IMG/VR virus record: IMGVR_UViG_3300042293_000555
Location: 21,046-85,045 of that record
DNA length: 64,000 nucleotides
From: a virus
Reading direction: 5' to 3' (one strand)
This document shows positions 8,576 through 17,973 of this stretch, piece after piece. Every line of letters starts with the position of its first letter. Positions within the stretch are counted from its first letter, which is position 1. The position numbers were made by a program, and so were the translations under genes. The notes beneath the pieces are model-generated. The model saw only the letters and a program-made list of their open reading frames with translations. It was not told the DNA's origin and did not search any database.

Positions 8576-9669
8576 TGAATTTTATTGAAGCTCTTAAATT
8601 AGGACAAGAAGGACAGAATAAAGGATTACCTACAGGATTAGCACCATTAGATAGAGCTTGTGATGGAATACAAAAGAAAGCTATTTATGGTGTAGCAGCA
8701 GGTCCAAAGGTTGGTAAAAGTACTTTAGTAGATTTTGCTTTTGTAATACACCCAATATTACATTGTTTGGAACATAACATACCACTAACTGTAATTTATT
8801 TTTCTTATGAAATTGATAGAGTGAAAAAGGAATTTGACTTTGCTTCTTTTTTCTTTTTTAAAGATTATGGTATCTCTGAAATTACACATAATGGAGAAAC
8901 TTATCTTTTATCAAGCAGATACTTACTTGGTAAGTTACAAGATAGAGAAGGAGAAGTCATTCCATTAACTGAAGAACATAAAACTATACTTGAAGATATT
9001 TATACCAATAGGATTATTCCATTATTTGGAGAATATAATTCTAAAGGTATAAAGTTAAAAGAAGGTGTAATTCAGTTTATGGAAGACAGAGATAATCCTA
9101 CAGGTATGAGAAATACTATTCTTGAATATGCAAGAAAGAATGGTGAGTTTACTTTTCAAGAGTATGAAGCTACTGAAGATGGTAAAAAGGTAAAGAAAAA
9201 TAGACTTTTAGGTTATGTCCATAAGGATAAACAAAAGAGAACTATTATCATTACTGACCACATCAGAAAACTTAAGAGAGAAAGAGGTTATTCAATGAAA
9301 GAGAATATGGATAAATGGATAGAATACAGTGTAGAACTGAGAAATTTCTGTCATTATACATTTGTCCACATTGTTCACTTGAATAGATCTATCTCTAACA
9401 TAGAAAGACTTAAGTTTAATGGAGAATATATCTATCCTACAGGTGAGGATGTTAAGGACTCAGGTAACTTGAGTGAAGAGTGTGATTATCTTTTTACACT
9501 TTTTAATCCTACTGATGAAAAATATGGGTTAACCACACACTTTGGACATCAGTTGCATGAGTATCCAAATTACAGGTCTATTCACTTAGTAGAATCACGA
9601 GATACAGAATGTCCACAACATCTTGCAGTACAGATGTATGGTAATATCAAACATTTTAAAACTTTATAA
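8575..9669 (+). CDS. dnaB: DnaB-like (SF4) replicative helicase
   Basis: PTG...D N-terminus, AAGPKVGKST Walker A, ITDH, HLNR, DVKDSGNLSEECD. Confidence 0.88.
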   Translation: MNFIEALKLGQEGQNKGLPTGLAPLDRACDGIQKKAIYGVAAGPKVGKSTLVDFAFVIHPILHCLEHNIPLTVIYFSYEIDRVKKEFDFASFFFFKDYGISEITHNGETYLLSSRYLLGKLQDREGEVIPLTEEHKTILEDIYTNRIIPLFGEYNSKGIKLKEGVIQFMEDRDNPTGMRNTILEYARKNGEFTFQEYEATEDGKKVKKNRLLGYVHKDKQKRTIIITDHIRKLKRERGYSMKENMDKWIEYSVELRNFCHYTFVHIVHLNRSISNIERLKFNGEYIYPTGEDVKDSGNLSEECDYLFTLFNPTDEKYGLTTHFGHQLHEYPNYRSIHLVESRDTECPQHLAVQMYGNIKHFKTL

Positions 9670-9683
9670 ACAATTAGAAAGCA

Positions 9684-10391
9684 ATGGCAAAAATTATGAT
9701 TATTTCAGAAAGCGGCTTTGGTAAATCTACCTCTATTTGTCCAAGTGAAGAACTTGGTATTAAGGGTTTAGATCACACCACCACTTTTATTGTAAATGTT
9801 AATAACAAAGACTTACCTGCAAGAGGTTGGAAAAAGTTATATAAACACATTCAAGGTAAAGATCTTAGTACCGGTAATTATGTAGAAACTAATGTAGGTT
9901 TAGACATAGCAGGTCTTATTGGTATTTTGAATGAGAAAAAACCTGAAATCACTACTCTTGTTATTGATGATTTTCAATACATTATGTCAGATTACTACAT
10001 GGAGAAAGCTAAAACAAGTGGCTTTGATAAATTTCAGGATATAGGTTACTTTATAGGTAAAATATTCTCTGCCATTCAAAAGTTTAAAGGTCATGTTATC
10101 ATTCTTACACACCCTGAAGAAGTACAAGGCACTTATGGTACTACCTATAAAGCTAAAACAGCAGGTAAGATGGTAGATCAGTACATTACTATGGAAGGTA
10201 AGTTTGATATAGTACTCTATGGTGCTCAGGAGTTTGACAACAAAACTAAGAAAGCATTAAAACAATTTGTTACTAATTTTGATGGTAGATATCCTGCTAA
10301 AAGTCCTGTAGGAATGTTTCCACTTACAATACCAAATGATTTAGGACTTGTTATTGACCTTGTAAACAAATACTACGATGGAGAAGAATAA
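9684..10391 (+). CDS. AAA-family ATPase (Sak4/AAA_24-like)
   Basis: SESGFGKSTS Walker A, VIDD Walker B, AKSP motif. Confidence 0.82.
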   Translation: MAKIMIISESGFGKSTSICPSEELGIKGLDHTTTFIVNVNNKDLPARGWKKLYKHIQGKDLSTGNYVETNVGLDIAGLIGILNEKKPEITTLVIDDFQYIMSDYYMEKAKTSGFDKFQDIGYFIGKIFSAIQKFKGHVIILTHPEEVQGTYGTTYKAKTAGKMVDQYITMEGKFDIVLYGAQEFDNKTKKALKQFVTNFDGRYPAKSPVGMFPLTIPNDLGLVIDLVNKYYDGEE

Positions 10392-10522
10392 TATTTTTAA
10401 AACTATAAGAAAAGGTGTTAAAGTTTACACCTGTTCCCCAGTTACTGATGGAACAATTAAAACTTCTAAAAGATAATTTGTATTTTTATAACCCAATTTT
10501 TAAATTTTAAACATTTCAAACC

Positions 10523-10816
10523 ATGTCACAAATCAAAGTTTCCGAGATTTTAAATGATCTTACCAATGGTCTTACAAGAGAAGACATCAAAAAGAAGTAC
10601 AACATGTCAACTGCTCAATTGAAAGCAGTATTTGCTCATCCTAAGTTGAAAGGTAGAAAGACTAAGAAAGCTGAAGAGCCTATTAATCTTATTGATGACC
10701 TTGATACTGCTGAAATTGCAACACCTACAGTTGCAGTAACTGTAACTACAATTGAAGAACCAGTTGAAGAAGTAGAAAGTATTACACCTGCAACTCTTGA
10801 TGATCAGTTTGTATAA
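10523..10816 (+). CDS. hypothetical protein (HTH-like N-terminus, acidic tail)
   Basis: GLTREDIKKKYNMS..QLKAVF; followed by a terminator. Confidence 0.65.
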   Translation: MSQIKVSEILNDLTNGLTREDIKKKYNMSTAQLKAVFAHPKLKGRKTKKAEEPINLIDDLDTAEIATPTVAVTVTTIEEPVEEVESITPATLDDQFV

Positions 10817-10828
10817 GGTAAAGTTAAT

Positions 10829-10853
10829 GGAGAGGAAGTAATTCCTCTCCTTT
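10829..10853 (+). terminator. intrinsic terminator
   Basis: GGAGAGGAA-GTAA-TTCCTCTCC plus Ts. Confidence 0.7.
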
Positions 10854-10887
10854 GTTATTCATTCATTCACTAAATTATATATTAAAA

Positions 10888-11667
10888 ATGAGTTACGGGT
10901 ATAACAATGATGAAAAAGCATCTTCAAGTTTGAATTTTGGTCTAAATCAAAAAGCAGTAATGACCAAATTTGAATTTAACCCCAATGGTGGTAAAGAAGG
11001 TGCAGCACAGGAATGTCTTGATATTATCTTTGAGTTTCCTAATGGAACTACAAAGAATTACAGACAATTTCCAATTACAAAAGCTAAATCTAAAGATGGT
11101 AATGACATCACAGACCCAAGAGCTAAGGAAATGATTGCAGCATTCAATGAGTTTAACTCAAAGATTACTCAGATTATGAAATGTTTTGTAACAGAAGAAG
11201 AAGTTAAACAAGGTTTAAGTACTGTATCTAATTTCAAATCTTTTTGTCAAGCATTGACTAATCTTCTTCCTTCTAATTGGAAAGAAATGTCTATTGATAT
11301 TTTCTGTCAATATCAGTGGCAACCAAAAGGAGATTATGATGCTAAATTTGTAGAAATAGCATCTAATGTCAAACAGGGTAAAGTATTTACAGCAGGTGTT
11401 GAAGGTTATTTTGATGCTGTTACTATAGATACTGAAACTAAAATTGCTACTTACAAAGGACAAGAATATCCTATTGTAGTAGAATTTAAGAAAGCTTCAT
11501 TTACTATCAATGAAAGAGCTTATTCAGTTGCTGAACAAACAGGTTTAATTTATATCGAAGATGAAAGTGGAGATCTCCATCCAATTTCAAGAACTGCATG
11601 GTTCATGAAAAGTAATTGGGCAAAGGCAGTAAATGGTGATACACCTATTCAATCATCTTGGGAATAA
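10888..11667 (+). CDS. putative ssDNA-binding/recombination accessory protein
   Basis: Start MSYGY at 10888; lies between the AAA ATPase and primase; function inferred. Confidence 0.5.
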   Translation: MSYGYNNDEKASSSLNFGLNQKAVMTKFEFNPNGGKEGAAQECLDIIFEFPNGTTKNYRQFPITKAKSKDGNDITDPRAKEMIAAFNEFNSKITQIMKCFVTEEEVKQGLSTVSNFKSFCQALTNLLPSNWKEMSIDIFCQYQWQPKGDYDAKFVEIASNVKQGKVFTAGVEGYFDAVTIDTETKIATYKGQEYPIVVEFKKASFTINERAYSVAEQTGLIYIEDESGDLHPISRTAWFMKSNWAKAVNGDTPIQSSWE

Positions 11668-11676
11668 ATTAAAACT

Positions 11677-12648
11677 ATGTACGGCTATCATACAGATATA
11701 ACTAATACTAACATTGATGAGTTCTTTAATAGAATAAATCAAGAAGAAGTCTTCAAACACTTGTTTGGAGATTTTGAAATTGGTACTTATATTACATCTC
11801 CTTTTAGAGATGATGGTAGTCCTGGATGTTGGATACAATGGAGTGGTAAAAAACTATATTTTACTGATTTTGCTTCAAATTGTGGCAGAGTTAATTTAGA
11901 TGCTTTAGGTATAATTCAAAAGAAATATAATCTATCTGTTCGGAAAGCGATGGACTTTATATTATCTTTTGACTTTACTAAAGAACCTGAATATCCTAAG
12001 TTTTCTCCCACTTCTATTGTATCTTCATCTAATAATTCTATTTTAGAATTTTGTCCAAAACCATTTGATGAGTATCATAAACTGTATTGGTCACAGTATG
12101 AGATAACTTCTACTCAACTTATCTTAGATAACATATTTGCTACTAAATGGTATAAGGTAAACAATCACACATTTAACCCTTATCCTGTAGAAACTACTTA
12201 CACTATTAGTTATTCTACCAGCATAAAAATATGTAGACCAAAGGCTACATCTCACAAATGGACAACAAATGCTACCAAAGATGTAATAGGTGGCACAAGA
12301 TCTCTTCCATTCTTAGGTAAAAATCTTATAATTACCAAGTCGTACAAAGATTGGAGAGTACTTACAAATTTAGGATTTCATACAATGTATTTTCAAAATG
12401 AAGGTATGTTTCCTACAATGGAAAATCTTTACATTTACTTAGAAGCATTTGACAATGTATACATCTTATTTGATAATGATGCAGCAGGTGTTAATGCTTC
12501 TTCTAAATTAAAAACTTACATAAATGATTCATTTACAGGTAAAGTAGAATCACTACTATTACCTACAAAATCTAAAGACCCTGCTGATGCAATAAAAGCA
12601 GGTGAAAAACAAAAATTAATTTCATTTCTAAATCCGTTATTACAATGA
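11677..12648 (+). CDS. DnaG-like (TOPRIM) primase
   Basis: SPFR.D..P N-terminal domain, TKSYKD, FDNDAAG, KDPAD motifs. Confidence 0.85.
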   Translation: MYGYHTDITNTNIDEFFNRINQEEVFKHLFGDFEIGTYITSPFRDDGSPGCWIQWSGKKLYFTDFASNCGRVNLDALGIIQKKYNLSVRKAMDFILSFDFTKEPEYPKFSPTSIVSSSNNSILEFCPKPFDEYHKLYWSQYEITSTQLILDNIFATKWYKVNNHTFNPYPVETTYTISYSTSIKICRPKATSHKWTTNATKDVIGGTRSLPFLGKNLIITKSYKDWRVLTNLGFHTMYFQNEGMFPTMENLYIYLEAFDNVYILFDNDAAGVNASSKLKTYINDSFTGKVESLLLPTKSKDPADAIKAGEKQKLISFLNPLLQ

Positions 12649-13352
12649 GAAAAGTTAAAGTTTATTCAACAGTATCAGGTTTAAGACAATTTGATTCATC
12701 AGCAACTATTTGGGGAGAACTCAAATACGAGTTACAAAATGAAGGTTATTCATTTTCTAATATGACAGTTACTGAAAACAAAAGAAACAGTACCTTAATG
12801 TTAGATGAAGCAGAATTACCTGAAGAAGATTTTGTACTAATGCTTACACCACAGAAAACTAAAAGTGGTGCAATGAGTTATGGTGAAATCAGAGCACAGA
12901 TTAAAGAAGCTTTTATGTCTTATGGAACAGCTGCTGCTACACACTTTAATGAAGGAAAGAACTATACCAATAAATCTAAAGATGAGTTAGAATTTCTTTT
13001 AAATTCTTGGTTAAAGAAAATACCTACAAGTAAACAAGTTGTACTACCTAAAGCAGAAGTATCTCCTGCACCTATTAAGGTAGATACCAGTTATACAGAA
13101 GACTTAGAAGATGATGAAGATGACTACGAAGATAATGAAGAAGATGAAGATTCTGATGAAGTAGCAGAAGTTATTGAAGCTATTTCTAACCTTAACTGGA
13201 ATGGAAGATATGATGACTTTAACCTTGCTATTGCTCTAATTAGAGGTGAGAAATCTGCTAAGAATCTAACTTCATATAATGTAGCATCTGTAAAAATTAC
13301 TACATCTGAAGAAGATGCTTGGATTGCTAAGATGAGAAATAAAGGGTTATAA
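12645..13352 (+). CDS. ubiquitin-like (beta-grasp) protein precursor with C-terminal extension
   Basis: Residues 1-75 follow a beta-beta-alpha-beta-beta pattern ending LTPQKTKSG; followed by a helical segment and acidic tract; first gene before E2/JAB/E1. Confidence 0.65.
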   Translation: MRKVKVYSTVSGLRQFDSSATIWGELKYELQNEGYSFSNMTVTENKRNSTLMLDEAELPEEDFVLMLTPQKTKSGAMSYGEIRAQIKEAFMSYGTAAATHFNEGKNYTNKSKDELEFLLNSWLKKIPTSKQVVLPKAEVSPAPIKVDTSYTEDLEDDEDDYEDNEEDEDSDEVAEVIEAISNLNWNGRYDDFNLAIALIRGEKSAKNLTSYNVASVKITTSEEDAWIAKMRNKGL

Positions 13353-13372
13353 ATTGTTGCTTGCTCATTTTT

Positions 13373-13409
13373 AGAAGACTGTTATGTAATGTAGCAGTCT
13401 TCTTTTTTT
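13373..13409 (+). terminator. intrinsic terminator/attenuator between Ubl and E2-like genes
   Basis: AGAAGACTGTTAT-GTAA-TGTAGCAGTCTTCT plus T-tract. Confidence 0.75.
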
Positions 13410-13429
13410 ATTTAACTAATTCTAAAATT

Positions 13430-14689
13430 ATGATAAACGTAGGACATCTAATTCTTAGAGCATTTAAACAAAGAACTTTAGATAACATTTCAAAATTTTA
13501 TAAACCTGTAGAAAATATTATAACTGAAAGATTTAGAAAAGTAAATTTAACACCTATTTTTCCTTTCTATAATCAAGTAAAACAAGGTTTAGATGCTTGG
13601 GGTGGTGAATATGAGTTGACTTTAAATTATGAAATAAAGTCAATAGCTATAAATGATGTAAATACTTTTCTTCATTATTGTCACAATAAGAAAAAGCATC
13701 ATTTCAGTTATCCTTTGTATGACATTGTAAATTCAATTAACCTTAATGGTACTTTTACTAATAGTTTTATATTCTATAATCCAATACTACAAATTACATT
13801 ACATTATCCTGAAGTAAAAATTGAAAATGAGAATAAGGAATTTCTAAATTTAAGAAATTTCTTTGTCAGATTTAATATTAGTCTTGATGGTAATGTTAGT
13901 GAGTTAACAGGTAATAAAACTACCTATACAACTGCTGAATATGATAAAAGATATATTCATTCTCATTTACATACTCTTAGTACAAATTATAAATTAAAAT
14001 TTGATAATTTTTGTTTGGGTACAGGACAACCTATATCTTTTGCTAAGATAATGCTTGAAGAAGTAATTAAATCTAAACAAGGTATTAATGATGCTATAAA
14101 CTATTATTGTCAAAATATAAATGTAGTAGTTAATACTGAAAGTCTTGCTGGAACACCTTATATCAGATTAAGTGGAGTATCAAATAATTATGTAGATTTT
14201 AATTCAAGTGATGTAAGTGTTTTATGTAGTTCTGTGTTTGATTATCTTAGTAAAATGGATTTAAGTAAAATTAAATCTGATCTTTTTAAAATTGGTGCAG
14301 TAAGAGTAGTTAATAAAGATGTCAAACTTACTGATAAAGCAGATGTAGTATTGTTTATAGATCCTGTTTTATATGATTTTGATAAAGTAAAGTCTATACT
14401 TAATATTTCAAAATTTATATCTGTTAAATACAATGGTGTAGATGTTAAACTGTACGAAGTTTCATCTGCAACATCTATTGTTGAACCTATTTTTATAAGG
14501 TTTAATGGTAAAAAGTTTTATTTTACAATAGATAATCCAGCTATTTATTCACCTGAAAAGTTACAAATAACTTTTTCACAACCATTTAAAAAATATGTTA
14601 GACAATTTATCAAAACTCTCTACTTATCAGCAGCAATTGTTGAACGAGAAACCATTAAAGAAAGTACAATTGCCTTTCCTGAACCTTAA
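13430..14689 (+). CDS. E2/UBC-like ubiquitin-conjugating domain protein
   Basis: YIHSH-(x15)-CLG, resembling the E2 HPN/HPH...C signature; Cys codon at 14012-14014; neighbours JAB and E1. Confidence 0.6.
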   Translation: MINVGHLILRAFKQRTLDNISKFYKPVENIITERFRKVNLTPIFPFYNQVKQGLDAWGGEYELTLNYEIKSIAINDVNTFLHYCHNKKKHHFSYPLYDIVNSINLNGTFTNSFIFYNPILQITLHYPEVKIENENKEFLNLRNFFVRFNISLDGNVSELTGNKTTYTTAEYDKRYIHSHLHTLSTNYKLKFDNFCLGTGQPISFAKIMLEEVIKSKQGINDAINYYCQNINVVVNTESLAGTPYIRLSGVSNNYVDFNSSDVSVLCSSVFDYLSKMDLSKIKSDLFKIGAVRVVNKDVKLTDKADVVLFIDPVLYDFDKVKSILNISKFISVKYNGVDVKLYEVSSATSIVEPIFIRFNGKKFYFTIDNPAIYSPEKLQITFSQPFKKYVRQFIKTLYLSAAIVERETIKESTIAFPEP

Positions 14690-15743
14690 TGGACAACCAA
14701 AAGTTATTTTATCTAATCTTTTATGGGAAAAAATGCAGTTTTTGTGTAACCATATTAGTACTGTAGAGTGGAGTGGATGTATATTTTATGAAATTCATGG
14801 TGCATTAGATAAACCTGAAGAGTTACAAATCTTTGTACATGATATGATTCCTTTAGATAAAGGTACAACAGGATTTACAGAGTATAATTTTGATGGAAGA
14901 GTTATTGCATATATGACTGAAATGGAATATTTTGAATACAGGATAGGACATTTACATTCTCATCACAGTATGAAAACATTTTTCTCAGGCACTGATTTGG
15001 AAGAAGTAAATGAAAACTCTGAACACATTAAACCTTATCTCAGTATTATCATCAATAATGCTTATGATTTTTCTTGTAAGTTAGCATTCAGGTTAAAAGT
15101 ACTTAATCCTACTATCTATGAATATCAGGAGATTGATAATGTACCTAAACAACTTGTGATACAACAATCTGATGAGTATGTTGCTAATTATGATTGTTTA
15201 GTAATCACACCAAAGAAAGAATTTAGTGTAAATCCTTCTTTCTTAGCTCAGTTTAATGAGATAATGAAACCAAAACCATCTAAATTTCCTACTTATATAG
15301 CTAATACTAAACCTATTGGGTTTAAAAGTGATCAACTTGAATTTGAATTTGATGATTTCTTTGGTTCACTTGATTCTCCAACATCAGATAGGAAAGGTAT
15401 TGATGAAGTGTCTGATAGTGGAATTACATTAGCAGAGTTTGAGAAATTCTATTGTTATTTACTTAGGTTAGGGTTAGATGTACCAGGAGATACTATGGAA
15501 AAAGTATTGGAAGATTTAGATGAATCAGCAAGAGCTGAAGATTTTAATTTAGAACAGTTTGCATATAATCTAAAGAAAGATTTTCCTAAGAATTTTAAGA
15601 AGTTTTGGAATGTAAAAATATTAACTAAAAGAGAAGAAGCAAGTGAGTGGGAAGAATTTACTGATGAACTTATGTTTGCATCAGATGAATTTCCAATCTT
15701 AGATTCTCTTTTGGAACTCTTAATGTCACCAAATCATGAGTAG
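14595..15743 (+). CDS. JAB/MPN+ (JAMM) metallo-isopeptidase
   Basis: VEWSG glutamate and exact H-x-H-x7-S-x2-D motif (HSHHSMKTFFSGTD). Confidence 0.88.
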   Translation: MLDNLSKLSTYQQQLLNEKPLKKVQLPFLNLNGQPKVILSNLLWEKMQFLCNHISTVEWSGCIFYEIHGALDKPEELQIFVHDMIPLDKGTTGFTEYNFDGRVIAYMTEMEYFEYRIGHLHSHHSMKTFFSGTDLEEVNENSEHIKPYLSIIINNAYDFSCKLAFRLKVLNPTIYEYQEIDNVPKQLVIQQSDEYVANYDCLVITPKKEFSVNPSFLAQFNEIMKPKPSKFPTYIANTKPIGFKSDQLEFEFDDFFGSLDSPTSDRKGIDEVSDSGITLAEFEKFYCYLLRLGLDVPGDTMEKVLEDLDESARAEDFNLEQFAYNLKKDFPKNFKKFWNVKILTKREEASEWEEFTDELMFASDEFPILDSLLELLMSPNHE

Positions 15744-16470
15744 AGAAAGATATCAAGATGCATTATGGTATAATAAACCTGTAAGAATATTAATTTTTGG
15801 AGCAGGTGGAATTGGCTCTTGGAGTTCATTCTTTCTAACAAGAGCAGGTTTTGATGTTAGAATTTTTGACTTTGATAGAGTTGAAGAACATAATCTTGGT
15901 GGACAAATGTTTCTACATCAAGATATTGGAAAGTTAAAAATTGATGCTGTAAATAATGTTGCCAGGTTATTTAACAATGATGATTATATGTTTAGGGGAA
16001 TGAACTTTAAAGTAGGTTCTAATTTCTCTTTTAATGATAGAGGTGGATTCTATGAATACAATCCAAGAATAGCCACTATTGTCATCAGTGCTTTTGATAA
16101 TATGGAAGCAAGAAAAAATCTATTTACAGCATTTACAGCAGCAAATAATACTACACCAATGTGGTTTATTGATGGTAGATTATTGATGGAGCAAATGAGA
16201 ATTTACTGTATCAACAAATCTCATCAAAAATCTATCATAGATTACATTGATGCTCACTTGTTTGATGATTCTGAAGTTGAAGAATTACCTTGTACAATGA
16301 AACAGGTTGGACATGGTGCAGCTATGATTGCTACTCACATTACAGGATTTGTTACTAACATTGTTTCCAATGAATTTGTATGGAGAGAAGAAGTGTTTCA
16401 AGTACCTTATATGTGGGATTACATTATTCCAACTAATTCTGTCACTCAAAAATTAGCAAGTGAATTATGA
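15736..16470 (+). CDS. ThiF/E1-family ubiquitin-like activating enzyme
   Basis: GAGGIGS, DFDRVEEHNLGGQ, AFDNMEAR, candidate catalytic Cys in ELPCT. Confidence 0.9.
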   Translation: MSRERYQDALWYNKPVRILIFGAGGIGSWSSFFLTRAGFDVRIFDFDRVEEHNLGGQMFLHQDIGKLKIDAVNNVARLFNNDDYMFRGMNFKVGSNFSFNDRGGFYEYNPRIATIVISAFDNMEARKNLFTAFTAANNTTPMWFIDGRLLMEQMRIYCINKSHQKSIIDYIDAHLFDDSEVEELPCTMKQVGHGAAMIATHITGFVTNIVSNEFVWREEVFQVPYMWDYIIPTNSVTQKLASEL

Positions 16471-16949
16471 TAGCAGATTTGCATCCTATCTTTAAAACAG
16501 ATACTAATTATCCAAGATTAAAAGGTAGAAATTCACATTCTACAACAATGTATTCTCTTCATTTTGCAAAGTTTAATTTTCATAGTAAGACATCACTGGT
16601 ATTTGTAAATAAACCTATAGCAAATTTGACTAACTTAAATGAACACTTTACAAACAATAATTACTTTTATTATTTTAGTAAAAGTAACATAATAGTTTCT
16701 AAAGGATTAATCTTGGATAGTAATACATTAGAAGTACTTGTATTTGTACACATTAAACAAAGATATAGATGTTTTGGAGAAAACTGGTCAGCAATAACAT
16801 ATTACAGAAATTCAAGTCTTGTAATATATGTTGCAACAGAGTTAAATGTTAAAGTTGTTGAAAAATTACTACCTTTAAGTCAATTTATAAAAATAATTTT
16901 CTTACCAAAAGAAGACTTACAAAGGTTAGTATATGAAGAACACGAATAG
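16467..16949 (+). CDS. hypothetical protein coupled to the E1 gene
   Basis: ATGA overlap with the E1 stop codon. Confidence 0.6.
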   Translation: MIADLHPIFKTDTNYPRLKGRNSHSTTMYSLHFAKFNFHSKTSLVFVNKPIANLTNLNEHFTNNNYFYYFSKSNIIVSKGLILDSNTLEVLVFVHIKQRYRCFGENWSAITYYRNSSLVIYVATELNVKVVEKLLPLSQFIKIIFLPKEDLQRLVYEEHE

Positions 16950-16974
16950 AACTAAGGGGCATAATGTAAATTAG
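16933..16974 (+). pseudogene. orphan 5' fragment of the resolvase gene (MKNTNRTKGHNVN*)
   Basis: Matches NTNRTKGNN at the start of ORF 17590. Confidence 0.65.
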
Positions 16975-16994
16975 GATATTTAATATAAAATAAT

Positions 16995-17002
16995 TATATT
17001 TG
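16995..17002 (+). promoter_or_regulatory. Bacteroidota sigma-70 -7 element (TATATTTG)
   Basis: TAnnTTTG consensus 16 nt upstream of the endonuclease ATG. Confidence 0.55.
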
Positions 17003-17018
17003 TAAAAATATATTAATT

Positions 17019-17606
17019 ATGGCAAAAACTCCTAAAAACATTAAAGTTAAAACATTTATTTATGTTTTGGCTGACCCTGACACTCTTGAAATAAAATATG
17101 TTGGTAAAACTGTTAAACCATTAAAAATTAGATTAACAGGTCATATTTATTCTTGTAAAAAAGAAAAAAATCATAGGACAAATTGGATAAAATCTATTCT
17201 TAAAAAAGGTAAAAAACCTATAATAAAAATGATAGATTATTGTACATGGGATGAAAGTCAAAAATTAGAATATGATTGGATTATTAAATTCAAGGACAAA
17301 GGATATGACCTTGTTAATTTAACAAATGGTGGTGAAGGCAATTTAGGATTAAAACTTAGTAAAGAACGAAGAGATAATCTTATAATAGCTGTTTCTAAAA
17401 AAATTTATCAATATACTTTAAATGGAGTATTTATAAAAGAATTTAAAAATGCAGTAGATGCTGCTAAAGAATTAAATTTAAAACACTCTTCTAAAATTAA
17501 TGCTGCTGCAAGAGGGGTTAGAGGTAAAGCTGCAAACTTTTTATGGTCTTATGAAAAACTTAATTTTTTAAAAAAATATAAAAATAGATATGATAAAAAC
17601 AGGTAA
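17019..17606 (+). mobile_element. free-standing GIY-YIG homing endonuclease with NUMOD1-like C-terminus
   Basis: FIYVL..KYVGKT..RLTGH, LE..WI, NLTNGGEG, IYQYTLNG.FIKEF..A..AA. Confidence 0.85.
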
Positions 17607-17973
17607 TACAAACAGAACTAAAGGAAACAATGCTGAACGTCATTATGCCTCTAAATTAAAAGAAGTATTTCCTGATTGTCTTACAAGTAGATATGCATCT
17701 AAAGCATTAGATGATGCAGGGGTTGATTTAGCAAATATTCCAATACTTGTACAGATTAAAGCAGGAATACAAAAAGGAATGAAACCTGATGAAATCTTAA
17801 AGAATATTGAAAACAAGATTCCTAAGATGATGAGTGATTTTCCTAAAGTACTTATACATCATAAGCAGGGTAAACCAGGCAAGAAAAGAGATGAGTATTC
17901 TTCATTGGTAACTATGACTTTTGATGATTTTTTCACAATTATTAAATTAGCTTATGATAATCAGAACAAGTAA
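17590..17973 (+). CDS. Holliday junction resolvase (Hjc-like PD-(D/E)XK)
   Basis: KGNNAER, DDAGVDL, VQIK motifs. Confidence 0.72.
   Translation: MIKTGNTNRTKGNNAERHYASKLKEVFPDCLTSRYASKALDDAGVDLANIPILVQIKAGIQKGMKPDEILKNIENKIPKMMSDFPKVLIHHKQGKPGKKRDEYSSLVTMTFDDFFTIIKLAYDNQNK

Noticed and set aside
4106-9669. Inteins in the polymerase or helicases
   Set aside because: Protein lengths are compact, and no C...HN splice motifs or LAGLIDADG blocks were seen.
15736-16470. Thiamine/molybdopterin biosynthesis role for the ThiF protein
   Set aside because: No thiG/thiS/moaE-type genes nearby; the neighbours are JAB and E2-like genes.
16966-17631. Group I intron in the resolvase gene
   Set aside because: The interval is almost entirely ORF, with no room for a P3-P7 catalytic core, and the downstream gene has its own start.
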